64,000 nucleotides of DNA from Marinicella sp. (GTDB lineage Bacteria > Pseudomonadota > Gammaproteobacteria > Xanthomonadales > Marinicellaceae), in NCBI GenBank assembly GCA_965230295.1, contig OZ246001.1, forward strand, positions 2,176,001-2,240,000. The letters are read 5' to 3'. A model generated the notes under the pieces. It had not been told where the DNA came from and ran no database searches. It worked only from the letters and a program-made list of their open reading frames with translations. Shown in pieces: positions 1 to 13,833 of this stretch (position 1 is its first letter; every line of letters begins with the position of its first letter). Made by a program: the position numbers and the translations under genes.

Positions 1-2
1 GC

Positions 3-953
3 ATTGAGCCAGAAATTTTGAATCGGTTGTTTGACCCATTTACTCAGGCTGACAGTTCAATCACCAGAAAATATGGTGGCACAGGTCTGGGTTTAAGTAT
101 TGTGAAAAAACTGATTGAAAAAATGGATGGAGCCATCGAAGTGATCAGTGAACCAGGTATTGGTACTTCAGTTATTTGTAGTTTGCCACTGACCATTGAT
201 CCTGATCTGGTTGCTGCAACCAATCTGAATAAGACCGTCCAAATCAAAGCCCATGAAGGCCCCAGTAACCAGGAAATATTGCTGGCACTGCAACATGCCT
301 TGGCCATTTCTGGCATCCAGACCATTGAAGCAGATGAAGAATTTTCAGGTCAAATTGATGCATTGATGTTGATTGATGCCACAACTGAACAAAACAACGG
401 TTTCGGTGAGGCGATCAAGGCAGCCAATCGTGAATTGGTGCCCGTTTATTTGGTCAAACCTTGCCATCAAGAAAAAGTTTATCAGCAGGGTGCTTTCAAA
501 GTGATTGATTTGCCTTGTTCAATTGGTGACTTGAGGCTGTTGTTCTCCAGTAAGTCAGAACAACTTTATTGCGAATACAACCCGAACTCTGGAAAGCAAA
601 ACCCCTTGCATTTGTTGGTGGTTGAAGACAACCCCATCAATCAGCAATTGTTATTAGAGTTGCTTGAAAAAGAAGGACATGTGGTTGATATTTTTGATGA
701 TGCCAATCAAGCCTTGGCAGGCATCAGTAACATCAAATATGATTTGCTGCTGGTAGATTACCATTTACCTGATTTGACCGGCATTGAATTCATCAAAGCC
801 TGTCGAGGGGTTGGAGTTACAGCCAAAACAGTGATCATGAGTGCTGACATTTCCAAGGAATTGCAAGAGTTGTGTGGTCTGAATGACATCAATTATCTGA
901 TCACCAAACCGTTCAAGTTGGCTGAACTCATTGATGTGATTAACAAACAATAA
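3..953 (+). CDS. Hybrid sensor histidine kinase/response regulator, C-terminal part (5' end outside window)
   Basis: Frame is open from the window edge. HATPase motifs F-box/G2 (LFDPFTQADSSITRKYGGTGLGLSI). C-terminal receiver domain (LLVVEDNPIN...LLLVDYHLPDLTG...MSAD...KPF). Confidence 0.9.
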   Translation: MEPEILNRLFDPFTQADSSITRKYGGTGLGLSIVKKLIEKMDGAIEVISEPGIGTSVICSLPLTIDPDLVAATNLNKTVQIKAHEGPSNQEILLALQHALAISGIQTIEADEEFSGQIDALMLIDATTEQNNGFGEAIKAANRELVPVYLVKPCHQEKVYQQGAFKVIDLPCSIGDLRLLFSSKSEQLYCEYNPNSGKQNPLHLLVVEDNPINQQLLLELLEKEGHVVDIFDDANQALAGISNIKYDLLLVDYHLPDLTGIEFIKACRGVGVTAKTVIMSADISKELQELCGLNDINYLITKPFKLAELIDVINKQ

Positions 954-971
954 ACTGATTATTGCTGGGTT

Positions 972-1385
972 TTAAGATTGTTTTTTACCGTTGACTTTGC
1001 CGTTGATGTCATTCAACGCTTCGTTGAGTTTTCTGACCAGTAAATCCTTTTTCTCTGGGTCAACATACTTGGATTCGAAGGCGGTTTGGGTTTTTACGAT
1101 CAAGTCATCAAAGTTCTTACCTTCCCATTTGATCGGTTCCATTTTGTCTTTACTGGCATCATCAAACAAACCAATCCACTTTTCAGATAAACGGCCATAA
1201 CTGAGGATCCGATACATGTACCGTCCTGGTCGTTCGCTGTGAGCGATCAAGCCAAATAAAGCAGCAAAGAAACACAAGGGCATCAAAGCCAAGTCTCGCA
1301 GGCCATCAACGATGAGTTTGAGTTGTAACACGATGGTGTCGCGGACGAGTTCGGATCTGGAGTTTAAGTCTTCTGGTTCTTGCAT
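972..1385 (-). CDS. Hypothetical protein with one hydrophobic segment
   Basis: 137-aa ORF filling the gap; LQLKLIVDGLRDLALMP followed by a hydrophobic stretch; no recognised function. Confidence 0.75.
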   Translation of the reverse strand: MQEPEDLNSRSELVRDTIVLQLKLIVDGLRDLALMPLCFFAALFGLIAHSERPGRYMYRILSYGRLSEKWIGLFDDASKDKMEPIKWEGKNFDDLIVKTQTAFESKYVDPEKKDLLVRKLNEALNDINGKVNGKKQS

Positions 1386-1468
1386 AAATGGCCCAATCTG
1401 AAGTGTTGTGTTTTAATTATTATAAATGGACAGGTCCTGATATTGAATAGGCCTTTGGTAATCATTTA

Positions 1469-1838
1469 ATGAATGTCGCTTGCCTTCTTTTTCGCAAAGC
1501 GAAAAAACCGGCTGCGCTCCATGGCTTTTATGAGTCTTGCTCTGTATTGCTGGCGCAATCCAACCGCCATCCATTGGATGAATGTTGCTTGCCTTCTTTC
1601 TGTATCGCAAAAAACCGGCTGCGCTCCATGGCTTTTATGAGTCTTGCTCTGTATTGCTGGCGCAATCCAACCGCCATCCATTGGATGAATGTTGCTTGCC
1701 TTCTTTCTGTATCGCAAAAAACCGGCTGCGTTTCATGGCTTTTATGAGTCTGGCTCGCCTAGAGGGATGTAGGTGTGCCGCGTTAGCAGGATGCGGAAGC
1801 GGCCTGACTTGCTGGCGCAATCCAACCGCCATCCATTG
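1469..1838. repeat. Three tandem ~107-109-bp structured repeat units; the third carries a 48-nt insertion
   Basis: Units start with ATGAATGT at 1469, 1578 and 1685 and end CGCAATCCAACCGCCATCCATTG. They are near-identical. Unit 3 has an extra 1756-1803. Confidence 0.95.
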
Positions 1839-1855
1839 CTCTCTGATACCAGTGG

Positions 1856-2311
1856 TTAACTGGTTATTGAAGCAACGAAAATTTCAGCTACCGCTTCAAA
1901 AAAATCTTTTTCAGCAGCTCCAAAGCGTTTTTTGATCGGGCTGTCGACATCCAGGACGCCATTGATTTGATCGGTGTAAAAAGGCACAACGATTTCTGAT
2001 TCAGAGGCGGCATCGCAGGCCACATGACCAGCAAAGGCGTGTACATCTGCCACCACTTCGGTGGCTTTTTGGGCAAAAGCTGTGCCACAAACCCCTTCGC
2101 CGATGGTCAAGCGGGTGCAGGCAGGTTGGCCATGAAAGGGGCCCAGCACCAATTCATCACCCTGTTGGTAATAAAAACCCAACCAGTTGACTCGTTCCAG
2201 GTTGTGGTACAGAAATGAACTGAGGTTGGCCGCATTGGCCTGTAGGTCATTTTCTGCTGATAACAGCGCCTCTAGTTGTTTGAGTAGCAGTGGGTAATTG
2301 TTTTCGCTCAT
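1856..2311 (-). CDS. msrC: GAF-domain free methionine-R-sulfoxide reductase
   Basis: NWLGFY...LVLGPFHGQPACTRL..GEGVCGTA...HVACDAASESEIVVP...GVLDVDS signature of fRMsr/YebR. Confidence 0.88.
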   Translation of the reverse strand: MSENNYPLLLKQLEALLSAENDLQANAANLSSFLYHNLERVNWLGFYYQQGDELVLGPFHGQPACTRLTIGEGVCGTAFAQKATEVVADVHAFAGHVACDAASESEIVVPFYTDQINGVLDVDSPIKKRFGAAEKDFFEAVAEIFVASITS

Positions 2312-2344
2312 GCCAATCTGTGGTGGTTAAAACGAGTAGGTGGG

Positions 2345-2379
2345 GCTGGTCTGAATGAATTAAAGCCATTCAGACCAGC
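2345..2379. terminator. Hairpin downstream of mscL, possible terminator or processing site
   Basis: GCTGGTCTGAATG-N9-CATTCAGACCAGC, a 13-bp perfect stem, without a clear U tract on the minus strand. Confidence 0.5.
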
Positions 2380-2393
2380 TATTTTTGTTTGAG

Positions 2394-2795
2394 TTATTTG
2401 TTTTTTAACAGGTCTCTGATTTCTGTCAACAAAACTTCTTCATTGGAAGGCTTGGGTGGCTCTGCCGGCGCTTCCTCTTCTTTTTTCTGCAGGTTGTTCA
2501 TGAATTTAACCATCATGAATACAGCAAACGCGATGATGATAAAGTCAATGGCGGTTTGCACAAAGGCCCCCCATTGCAGCACCACGGCTTCTGTTGTTTC
2601 TGTGGCCGCTTTTAATTCATAAGCCAAATCGGAAAAATCAACACCACCGATCAACAGTCCCAAAGGCGGCATCATCACACCATTAACAAAGGCCGAAACG
2701 ATTTTGCCAAAAGCAGCACCAATGATGATACCCACTGCCATGTCCATCACATTGCCTTTGACTGCAAACTTCTTAAATTCTGCCATCATGCCCAT
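2394..2795 (-). CDS. mscL: Large-conductance mechanosensitive channel
   Basis: [28 protein letters not shown]...[10 protein letters not shown]; GAGAGGA RBS upstream. Confidence 0.97.
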   Translation of the reverse strand: MGMMAEFKKFAVKGNVMDMAVGIIIGAAFGKIVSAFVNGVMMPPLGLLIGGVDFSDLAYELKAATETTEAVVLQWGAFVQTAIDFIIIAFAVFMMVKFMNNLQKKEEEAPAEPPKPSNEEVLLTEIRDLLKNK

Positions 2796-2883
2796 AAATT
2801 TCTCCTCTTAAGTAGTAAAGTCCAATTATTGTATACAGAAACCTGGATCAATGTGCATGAAAACATTGTTAATAAACGCAAAA

Positions 2884-3151
2884 AGGAATGTTCTTGGGTC
2901 TCTATTCACTTTTGTTCCAAACAAAAGTGAAAACGACCACGGCGAACATGATTTGCTACCTCGCGCTCTTCGCCTCTGATTGGCCTACACGGATGTAGGT
3001 CTGCCGCGATAGCTAGGAGCGATAGCGGCCGCTATAACAAAAGCTCACGGCTAATCAATCATTACATCAGGGCTTCTTTGCTTTGCAAAATCGCCAAGAT
3101 TGCATGATTTGCCTAACCGGCTCGGCGGGTCAAGCTGCTCAGCAGCTTTTC
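2884..3151. repeat. Dispersed structured intergenic element, copy A (with two internal cassettes)
   Basis: Shares blocks AGGAATGTTCTTGGG..ATTCACTTTTGTTCCA.ACAAAAGTGAAAACGACCACGG, CGAACATGA.TTGCTACCTCGCGCTCTTCGCCTCTGATT and AACCGGCTCGGCGGGTCAAGCTGCTCAGCAGCTTT with 24170-24383. Confidence 0.93.
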
Positions 3152-3198
3152 AAGGCCCATCACATGGACAGGCCTTAGGGTTTACTGAAGCAGTTGTA

Positions 3199-4602
3199 TT
3201 ACAGTGAATAATACATGTCGAATTCAGCAGGATGGGTGCTCATGCGAATGCGATCGACTTCAGCTTGTTTCAGTTCAATGAAACCATCAATCACATCATC
3301 TGTAAATACACCACCGGCTTTTAAGAAATCACGGTCTTGATCCAAAGCTTCCAAAGCCTGATCCAAAGAGTGACACACCGTAGGGATGCTCTTGGCTTCT
3401 TCAGGTGGCAAGTCATACAAATCTTTGTCCATGGCTGAACCTGGATCAATCTTGTTTTTGATGCCATCAAGGCCAGCCATCATCATGGCAGCAAACATCA
3501 AATAAGGGTTACCCATGGGATCACCAAAGCGCACTTCAATGCGGCGTGCTTTGGGGTTGTTGACGAATGGAATTCTTACAGAAGCTGAGCGGTTGCGGGC
3601 AGAATAGGCCAGCATCACCGGTGCTTCAAAACCAGGCACCAATCTTTTGTATGAGTTGGTAGATGAATTGGCAAAGGCATTCAAGGCACGGGCATGCTTG
3701 AAGATACCGCCAATGTAATGTAAGGCTGTTTCAGACAAACCACCATAACCATCACCCATAAACAGGTTTTCACCACCTTTGGATAAAGATTGGTGAACAT
3801 GCATACCACTGCCGTTGTCCCCAACTATTGGTTTTGGCATGAATGTGGCGGTGTAGCCATAATCATGCGCCACATTGTGAACCGCATATTTCATCATCAA
3901 AACTTCATCGGCTTTCTTGACCAATGTATTGAACTTGGCTCCAATTTCACATTGGCCAGCGGTTCCAACTTCATGGTGATGAACTTCAATTTCCAAGCCC
4001 ATACCTTCCATGACCTTACACATGGCTGAACGCAAGTCATTCAAAGAGTCAACAGGAGGTACTGGAAAATAGCCACCTTTCACTCGTGGACGATGTCCGG
4101 CATTTTCTTTGGCATCTGAACCAGATTCCCAAGCACCTTCTCGAGAATAAATTTCGTAGCGACAATCGTTGGCATCGGTGTTCCAGCTCACGCCATCAAA
4201 GACAAAAAACTCAGGCTCAGGGCCAAAGAAAGCGGTGTCTGCAATGCCAGCTTGTTGTAAAAACGCCTCAGCTCGTTTGGCAATTGAACGTGGGTCACGT
4301 TCATAACCTTGCATGGTGTTGGGCTCTAAAATATCACAGCGAATCACCAAAGTTGGGTACTGGCTGAATGGGTCAATGAAAGCCGTATCTGGTTCCGGCA
4401 TCAAGACCATGTCAGATTCATTGATACCTTTCCAGCCATTGATAGATGAGCCATCAAACATTTTACCATCTTCAAACAAGTCATCATCAACTTGAGAAAC
4501 TGGTAAAGTCACGTGGTGTTCTTTACCGGCCGTGTCACAAAAACGCAGATCAACAAAATCAATGTTTTCGTCTTTAATTAAATTCAAAATTTTATCGCTC
4601 AT
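3199..4602 (-). CDS. glnA: Type I glutamine synthetase (GSI-beta)
   Basis: [42 protein letters not shown] and adenylylation motif KDLYDLPP. Confidence 0.98.
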   Translation of the reverse strand: MSDKILNLIKDENIDFVDLRFCDTAGKEHHVTLPVSQVDDDLFEDGKMFDGSSINGWKGINESDMVLMPEPDTAFIDPFSQYPTLVIRCDILEPNTMQGYERDPRSIAKRAEAFLQQAGIADTAFFGPEPEFFVFDGVSWNTDANDCRYEIYSREGAWESGSDAKENAGHRPRVKGGYFPVPPVDSLNDLRSAMCKVMEGMGLEIEVHHHEVGTAGQCEIGAKFNTLVKKADEVLMMKYAVHNVAHDYGYTATFMPKPIVGDNGSGMHVHQSLSKGGENLFMGDGYGGLSETALHYIGGIFKHARALNAFANSSTNSYKRLVPGFEAPVMLAYSARNRSASVRIPFVNNPKARRIEVRFGDPMGNPYLMFAAMMMAGLDGIKNKIDPGSAMDKDLYDLPPEEAKSIPTVCHSLDQALEALDQDRDFLKAGGVFTDDVIDGFIELKQAEVDRIRMSTHPAEFDMYYSL

Positions 4603-4734
4603 CAGAAATCCTGTGTAAAAGTAGATTGCGCGTATTTTAAGGTTTCAGGCGCGTTAAAAACATACGCAATTATGCGAGGATTTGGCTTAAATCTGCTGCT
4701 GACTTTTACCGGTAATTGGTGTAAATTGGTCAGC

Positions 4735-5520
4735 ATGACTCAACCACGGCTCAGCATGTTCAAATCCAAATTTTGCGTTTCATTGTGTTTTTTGATGATG
4801 GGGATTTGGCCTGCTTTTAACGCAAACTCGGCTGAATTGAGGGTGGCTGTGGCAAGCAATTTTTATGCCACTTTATTGACGTTAGAAACTGAATTTCATC
4901 GCCAAACGGGCCATGAATTACGCATCAGCTCCGCATCATCAGGGCAGTTATTTGCCCAGATCAAACACGGTGCCCCCTTTGATGTTTTCATGTCGGCTGA
5001 CATGGCCAGGCCATTACAACTGGTGCGTGATGGATTGGCCAGTGAACCAGACATTTATGCCCGCGGACAATTGGTGTTGCTGGCAAACTCAGAAGACGGA
5101 TCATGTGAAAGGGTGTTCGATTCGGATCACCGTCAGTTTGTGGCCTTGGCCAATCCGGATTTGGCTCCTTTTGGCGCAGCCGCCAAAGCCTATTTGCAAC
5201 ATCAGGGCATTTGGGATAATCAGCAATACAAAAAGGTTATGGGTGAAAATGTGACCCAAGTGATGCAGATGGTTGTTTCGAAAAATGCAGCCATGGGTCT
5301 GGTGGCCAAGTCACAATTGGTCAATTACTCATTGGCAGAACATCAATGTAAGTTAGACATTGCCGTTGAGCACTACCCACCAATCGATCAAGGCATGGTT
5401 TTCATCAACGCATCAGATCGCAAAGCACTCTACACCGCATGGGCGGCTTTTTTGCGTTCCAGCCAAGTACAAAATACCATCCGTCAACACGGCTATTTGT
5501 TACCAGAGAAATCTCCGTGA
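4735..5520 (+). CDS. modA: Molybdate ABC transporter substrate-binding protein
   Basis: Signal peptide, VAVASNF, SSASSGQLFAQIKHGAPFDVFMSAD, ANPDLAPFG. Start is 4735 or 4756. Confidence 0.92.
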   Translation: MTQPRLSMFKSKFCVSLCFLMMGIWPAFNANSAELRVAVASNFYATLLTLETEFHRQTGHELRISSASSGQLFAQIKHGAPFDVFMSADMARPLQLVRDGLASEPDIYARGQLVLLANSEDGSCERVFDSDHRQFVALANPDLAPFGAAAKAYLQHQGIWDNQQYKKVMGENVTQVMQMVVSKNAAMGLVAKSQLVNYSLAEHQCKLDIAVEHYPPIDQGMVFINASDRKALYTAWAAFLRSSQVQNTIRQHGYLLPEKSP

Positions 5521-6191
5521 ACTGGCCCGACCTCACAGCCCTTTACCTCAGTCTCAAATTGGCTGGAATCACCACCTTGCTCCTCATCGGTCTGGGCACA
5601 CCTTTGGCCTGGTGGTTGGCACGATCTCAAGCCCGCATCAAACCCTTGATTGAAACTTTGGTGGCCTTACCGATCGTTTTACCACCGACGGTGATGGGCT
5701 TTTACCTTTTGATGCTATTGGGTCCGGATGGCTGGTTAGGCGGCTTGTGGGTGCGTTTAACCGGACAGGCATTGACTTTTTCTTTCACCGGACTGGTGGT
5801 GGCATCACTTTTTTACAGTTTGCCGTTCGTGGTACAGCCCATACAAAATGGTTTTGAATCAGTATCACCTCGATTGATGGATGCCGCCAGGTCACTGGGC
5901 GCCAAGCCACTAGATGCTTTTTTCTCAGTGGCAGTGCCCTTGGCCAAACGCGGATTTCTGACAGCCGCGGTGTTGGGTTTTGCCCACACATTGGGAGAGT
6001 TTGGTGTGGTGCTGATGGTGGGTGGCAACATCCCTGGAGAAACCAAAGTCATCGCCATAGAAATTTATAATCAAGTGGAAATATTGAATTATCAACAAGC
6101 CCACTTGTTATCAGCGATACTGTTGGTGTTGGCATTTGTGATGATATTCATGATGTATTTTTTTAATCACAAAAATCGGAACAGGCCATGA
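5517..6191 (+). CDS. modB: Molybdate ABC transporter permease
   Basis: LPIVLPPTVMGFYLL, FAHTLGEFGVVLMVGGNIPG; GTG start overlaps the modA stop (GTGA). Confidence 0.95.
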   Translation: MNWPDLTALYLSLKLAGITTLLLIGLGTPLAWWLARSQARIKPLIETLVALPIVLPPTVMGFYLLMLLGPDGWLGGLWVRLTGQALTFSFTGLVVASLFYSLPFVVQPIQNGFESVSPRLMDAARSLGAKPLDAFFSVAVPLAKRGFLTAAVLGFAHTLGEFGVVLMVGGNIPGETKVIAIEIYNQVEILNYQQAHLLSAILLVLAFVMIFMMYFFNHKNRNRP

Positions 6192-7273
6192 AAAATATAT
6201 GCCAGTGCCAATTATTGATTAAGCAGGGCGGATTCGACTTGCAGGTTGAATTTGCAGTCCCTGCACAAGGGATCCTTGGCCTGTTTGGTCCTTCTGGCTG
6301 TGGTAAAACCAGTTTGTTAAGGGCTGTGGCAGGTTTTGATCATCATCCCGGGAGCCATGTCTCATTGCAAGATGAAGTGCTGCAATCTGATTCTGTATTT
6401 ATCAAGCCAGAAAACAGAAAGATGGCCTATGTCTTTCAAGACAGCCAACTGTTTCCTCATTTGTCGGTCAAAGAAAATTTAGAATTTGCCCTTAAAAGAG
6501 CGGTGCAGCATACAACATCCAATCAAATGGTGATGAATGAAGTGGTGGAACTCATGGGATTAAAGCCAATTCTAGGTCGCTTACCGCAGCGATTGTCTGG
6601 TGGGGAACAACAACGGGTTGCCCTGGCCAGGGCATTGATGAGGAACCCGCAATTGCTGTTGTTGGACGAACCCATGGCTTCGCTGGATCATCACAATAAA
6701 GTCAAATTAATTTCGTACTTAAGAAAAATACATAAGCAGTGGCAGTTACCCATGGTATTTGTCAGCCATCAGATGGATGAAATCATGGCCTTGTGTGACC
6801 AATTATTGGTCATTGAGCAGGGCCGAGTGCAATTCCAAGGATCCATGGTTGATGCCATGTTGATGCCAAAATCTCCCCTGTCATCAAAGCAACAAGTTTC
6901 TGCCGTATTGAATGGTGTAGTGAATGGCTTTGATCCTAAATTTGGTTTGATGCAGATCAAAACCAAAGGGGGCATGCTGATTGAAGTCAAAGGGCAAGCT
7001 CAATTGGGCGCTGAATTTCGGATGGTGGTGCCGGCCAATGATGTCAGTTTAGCGCTTGATGCACCCAATAACACCAGTGTGTTGAATGTGTTTCATGGTG
7101 AAGTGTGCAAGCTCATTGCTTCGGGTGAATATGACCAATTGGTCCATGTAAAATTAAACAATGAAACATTGGTGGCTCGAATTTCCAATAAATCAAAATC
7201 AAACATGGGATTGGAACTGGGTTCTGAGGTGTATGCCCAAATCAAGTTACAAGTGATTAAATTGATCGAATAA
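6188..7273 (+). CDS. modC: Molybdate ABC transporter ATP-binding protein
   Basis: Walker A GPSGCGKT, LSGGEQQR, LLLLDEP, C-terminal TOBE-like region. Confidence 0.94.
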   Translation: MKNICQCQLLIKQGGFDLQVEFAVPAQGILGLFGPSGCGKTSLLRAVAGFDHHPGSHVSLQDEVLQSDSVFIKPENRKMAYVFQDSQLFPHLSVKENLEFALKRAVQHTTSNQMVMNEVVELMGLKPILGRLPQRLSGGEQQRVALARALMRNPQLLLLDEPMASLDHHNKVKLISYLRKIHKQWQLPMVFVSHQMDEIMALCDQLLVIEQGRVQFQGSMVDAMLMPKSPLSSKQQVSAVLNGVVNGFDPKFGLMQIKTKGGMLIEVKGQAQLGAEFRMVVPANDVSLALDAPNNTSVLNVFHGEVCKLIASGEYDQLVHVKLNNETLVARISNKSKSNMGLELGSEVYAQIKLQVIKLIE

Positions 7274-7275
7274 AA

Positions 7276-7304
7276 AAGAAGGCCACTTCCTCAGTGGCCT
7301 TCTT
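7276..7304. terminator. Intrinsic terminator between convergent modC and eno
   Basis: AAGAAGGCCACT-TCCTC-AGTGGCCTTCTT with an A tract on the left, which reads as a U tract for eno. Confidence 0.8.
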
Positions 7305-7315
7305 CTGATCATAAA

Positions 7316-9434
<2,119 letters not shown>

Positions 9435-9448
9435 GTGTACCTCTTTGG

Positions 9449-11128
<1,680 letters not shown>

Positions 11129-11161
11129 TTATATCCGATGCCCTAATTATTTAGCAACCAT

Positions 11162-12415
11162 TCAGCCATCAATCTTGGCATGATCTTTGAATTTAATTTT
11201 CCACAGTTTAATGGTGATGGGAACTGTAATGTTCAATAAGAATGCCGTAATCATTAAGGTATAAAAGACTTCCAAAGTGAAAATCTGGTATTGAACAAAA
11301 GCAATGTTCATCACCACAAATGCCAACTCAGCGCGGCCTAACATGCCAAAACCAATCATCCAACTGTCCGGCCAGGAAAATTTACCCGTGTAATGGGCGG
11401 CCAAGCCAGCGGATAAAATTTGTCCAACAAACAAGCTGATAAACAACAAGATGGCTTCAGGTAATACACCCAACAGCATATCGGCATCGAATACCAAATG
11501 GGTACCCATGGTGACAAAAAATACCGGGCCAATCCAGGTGAAGGCCACGTTATCGATGATTTCTCGAGCTTGTTGGTAATAGTCTTTCTCGTGTTCCTGG
11601 TGGAAATCAAAATACTCAGATCGAATCACCAAGCCTGCCATATAGGCGCCAATGGCTGGATGGAAGCCAAATTCATGTGCCAACAAGCCTACCGAAACAG
11701 CAATCAGCAACAAAGAAAGTATGGTGTATTCACCATAACCCATTGACAACACCCGGCGCAGGTTGATGTGTCCAATCAATGGGATTTTTTTCACCCAACC
11801 CGTACTGGTTGGAAACAGCCATTTACCAATGATGACCACAATCAAGAAGAAGGCAACGGCTTTACCCAAAATCAGGCTGATGCCAGCCACACTGAGGGTT
11901 CCTTCGCCGGCAGCAATGGGTACCAAAATAGCCACCAAGGCCAGTGATGCGATGTCATCCAATACTGCTGAAGTCATGATGCCGGTGGCTGCTGGCGTGG
12001 TGTTGAGGCCTTCTGATTTCAGTGAAACCATGGTCAGTGACACTGCAGTGGCTGTCATGGCCAGACCAACCAACAAGGCTATGCTGGCGTCGTTCCAATA
12101 CCACCATGCCAAAGTATAAGCAATGGTGAAGGGCGCCAAGGCGCCGAAAAATGCGATGCCCCACGAACGTTTGATGCTGGTGACAAATTTATTGACGTTT
12201 TCTTCAAAGCCCAATGCAAACATGATGATAATGATGCCCAGTTCTGACATGTCCTTGATGAAGGTGGGTAATTCTCCGGGTAAAATGCCAAAATTGGCCA
12301 TCAAAGTACCAAAAAACAAATACCAAAGAACGGGTGTCAAGCGGCTGATATGAGCCATCCAGGCGGCAAAAAACACACTGACCCAGATGATGGCCAGTAA
12401 CATCAAATCATGCAT
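11162..12415 (-). CDS. Cation:proton antiporter (CPA2/KefB-like)
   Basis: Many TM segments; TATAVSLT, SAVLDDI, GMLGRAELA motifs. Confidence 0.85.
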   Translation of the reverse strand: MHDLMLLAIIWVSVFFAAWMAHISRLTPVLWYLFFGTLMANFGILPGELPTFIKDMSELGIIIIMFALGFEENVNKFVTSIKRSWGIAFFGALAPFTIAYTLAWWYWNDASIALLVGLAMTATAVSLTMVSLKSEGLNTTPAATGIMTSAVLDDIASLALVAILVPIAAGEGTLSVAGISLILGKAVAFFLIVVIIGKWLFPTSTGWVKKIPLIGHINLRRVLSMGYGEYTILSLLLIAVSVGLLAHEFGFHPAIGAYMAGLVIRSEYFDFHQEHEKDYYQQAREIIDNVAFTWIGPVFFVTMGTHLVFDADMLLGVLPEAILLFISLFVGQILSAGLAAHYTGKFSWPDSWMIGFGMLGRAELAFVVMNIAFVQYQIFTLEVFYTLMITAFLLNITVPITIKLWKIKFKDHAKIDG

Positions 12416-12522
12416 TGTTGCTCTCACTTTTAATTGTTCACAATCATTGTAACCTGATCCAGCGGTGGATAGAAAAGGAATTGTTGTCAGTTAATCAAGA
12501 CTTTGCATGACTTTGACTTTGA

Positions 12523-13833
12523 TCAAATTTGGTCAATCAAAATGGATATTTCCTGTTGGGGTTTCTGACTGATGGTGAAGCATTTGCGCAATTTTTTCTT
12601 GGCCTGAATCAAGTCTTGTTGGCTGTTGGCGTGAACCATGGCAATGGGTGTCTGGGGGTCAACTTGTTCACCCACTTTAAGTATTTGTGAATAACCCACT
12701 GAAGCATCTATCTCGTCTTCACTGTGGGTGCGCCCACCACCCAAATCGATGATGCTCAATCCCACTTGTCGACAGTCAATGTCGCTGATGTAACCACTTT
12801 GCGCGGCAAAAACAGGTTCCACAATGTCAGCCTGAGGTAGGTATTTTGCAGGGTTTTCCACTAAATCATTCGGACCACCATGAGCGGCCACCATTTGTGC
12901 AAATTTTTCTGCGGCTTGTCCACTGGAAATGGCATGAAACACCTGTAGCTTGGCATCGTTGATGTCACCGGCTAATTTGCCAATCAACAGCATTTCTGCA
13001 GCCAGGTTGACCACCAACTCATTCAGCGCGATGTCATTGGGTGGTTGTTTCAAGTAATCGATGGCTTCTTGTACTTCCAGACTGTGACCAGCCGTGTGGC
13101 CAATCACTTGGTTCATGTCAGTGATCAAGGCTTTGGTCGGAATGGGAGAAACACGAATGATGTTTTTGGCCAAATCCTGGGCCATGATGAAATCACTGGC
13201 AAAGGCACCGCTGCCACATTTGATGTCCATCACCAGGCCATCAAGCCCAGCGGCCAATTTCTTGGACAGGATTGATGCGGTGATCAATGGAATGCTGTCC
13301 ACTGTGGCCGATATGTCCCGGGTGGCATAGATGCGCTTGTCTGCAGGGGCCAAGTTACTGGTTTGGCCTATGATCGAACAACCCAACTTGGCGACCATTC
13401 GTTTGAAGTCGTCCACTGCTATTTGGGTGTTGTAACCAGGGATGGCCTCCAGTTTATCCAGCGTTCCGCCAGTGTGTCCCAATCCCCGACCGGAAATCAT
13501 CGGGACATAGCCACCACAAGCAGCGACGATGGGCGCCAACATCAATGAGATTTTATCACCCACCCCCCCAGTAGAATGTTTGTCAATCACTGGGCCATTG
13601 AGTTTCATGTCCTGCCAGCTTAACACTTCACCCGATTGTTTCATCAGTTGGGTCAGGGTCCGACACTCTGCCACGGTCATGTGTTGGAAATAGATGGCCA
13701 TGGTGAGGGCGGCAATTTGGGTTTCACTGATGCTGTTATCAGTGATGCCTGTGACGAAAAACTCCAGCTCTTCGGTGCTCAATTCAAAGCCATCTCTTTT
13801 TTTCTTGATGATTTCTTGTGGCAGAAAATTCAT
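12523..13833 (-). CDS. deoA: Thymidine/pyrimidine-nucleoside phosphorylase
   Basis: [49 protein letters not shown]. Confidence 0.96.
   Translation of the reverse strand: MNFLPQEIIKKKRDGFELSTEELEFFVTGITDNSISETQIAALTMAIYFQHMTVAECRTLTQLMKQSGEVLSWQDMKLNGPVIDKHSTGGVGDKISLMLAPIVAACGGYVPMISGRGLGHTGGTLDKLEAIPGYNTQIAVDDFKRMVAKLGCSIIGQTSNLAPADKRIYATRDISATVDSIPLITASILSKKLAAGLDGLVMDIKCGSGAFASDFIMAQDLAKNIIRVSPIPTKALITDMNQVIGHTAGHSLEVQEAIDYLKQPPNDIALNELVVNLAAEMLLIGKLAGDINDAKLQVFHAISSGQAAEKFAQMVAAHGGPNDLVENPAKYLPQADIVEPVFAAQSGYISDIDCRQVGLSIIDLGGGRTHSEDEIDASVGYSQILKVGEQVDPQTPIAMVHANSQQDLIQAKKKLRKCFTISQKPQQEISILIDQI

Noticed and set aside
1469-1838. Possible CRISPR array
   Set aside because: Units are ~108 nt and near-identical along their whole length, with no unique spacers and no cas genes in the window.
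1413-1935. Overlapping short ORFs (1413-1610, 1466-1717, 1469-1747, 1582-1935, 1635-1832)
   Set aside because: They arise from the tandem repeat read in shifting frames (unit lengths are not multiples of 3) and have no RBS or recognisable motif.
2884-3151. Group II intron remnant or glnA riboswitch
   Set aside because: No domain V (AGC/CGC triad hairpin) or GUGYG 5' end is recognisable, and the element is 3' of glnA rather than 5'.
4680-4775. ModE box or Moco riboswitch upstream of modA; short direct repeats (AATTGGT, TCAGCATG)
   Set aside because: No ATCG-TATATA-N6-TATATA-CGAT-like site, too little room for a riboswitch, and the repeats are too short to be significant.
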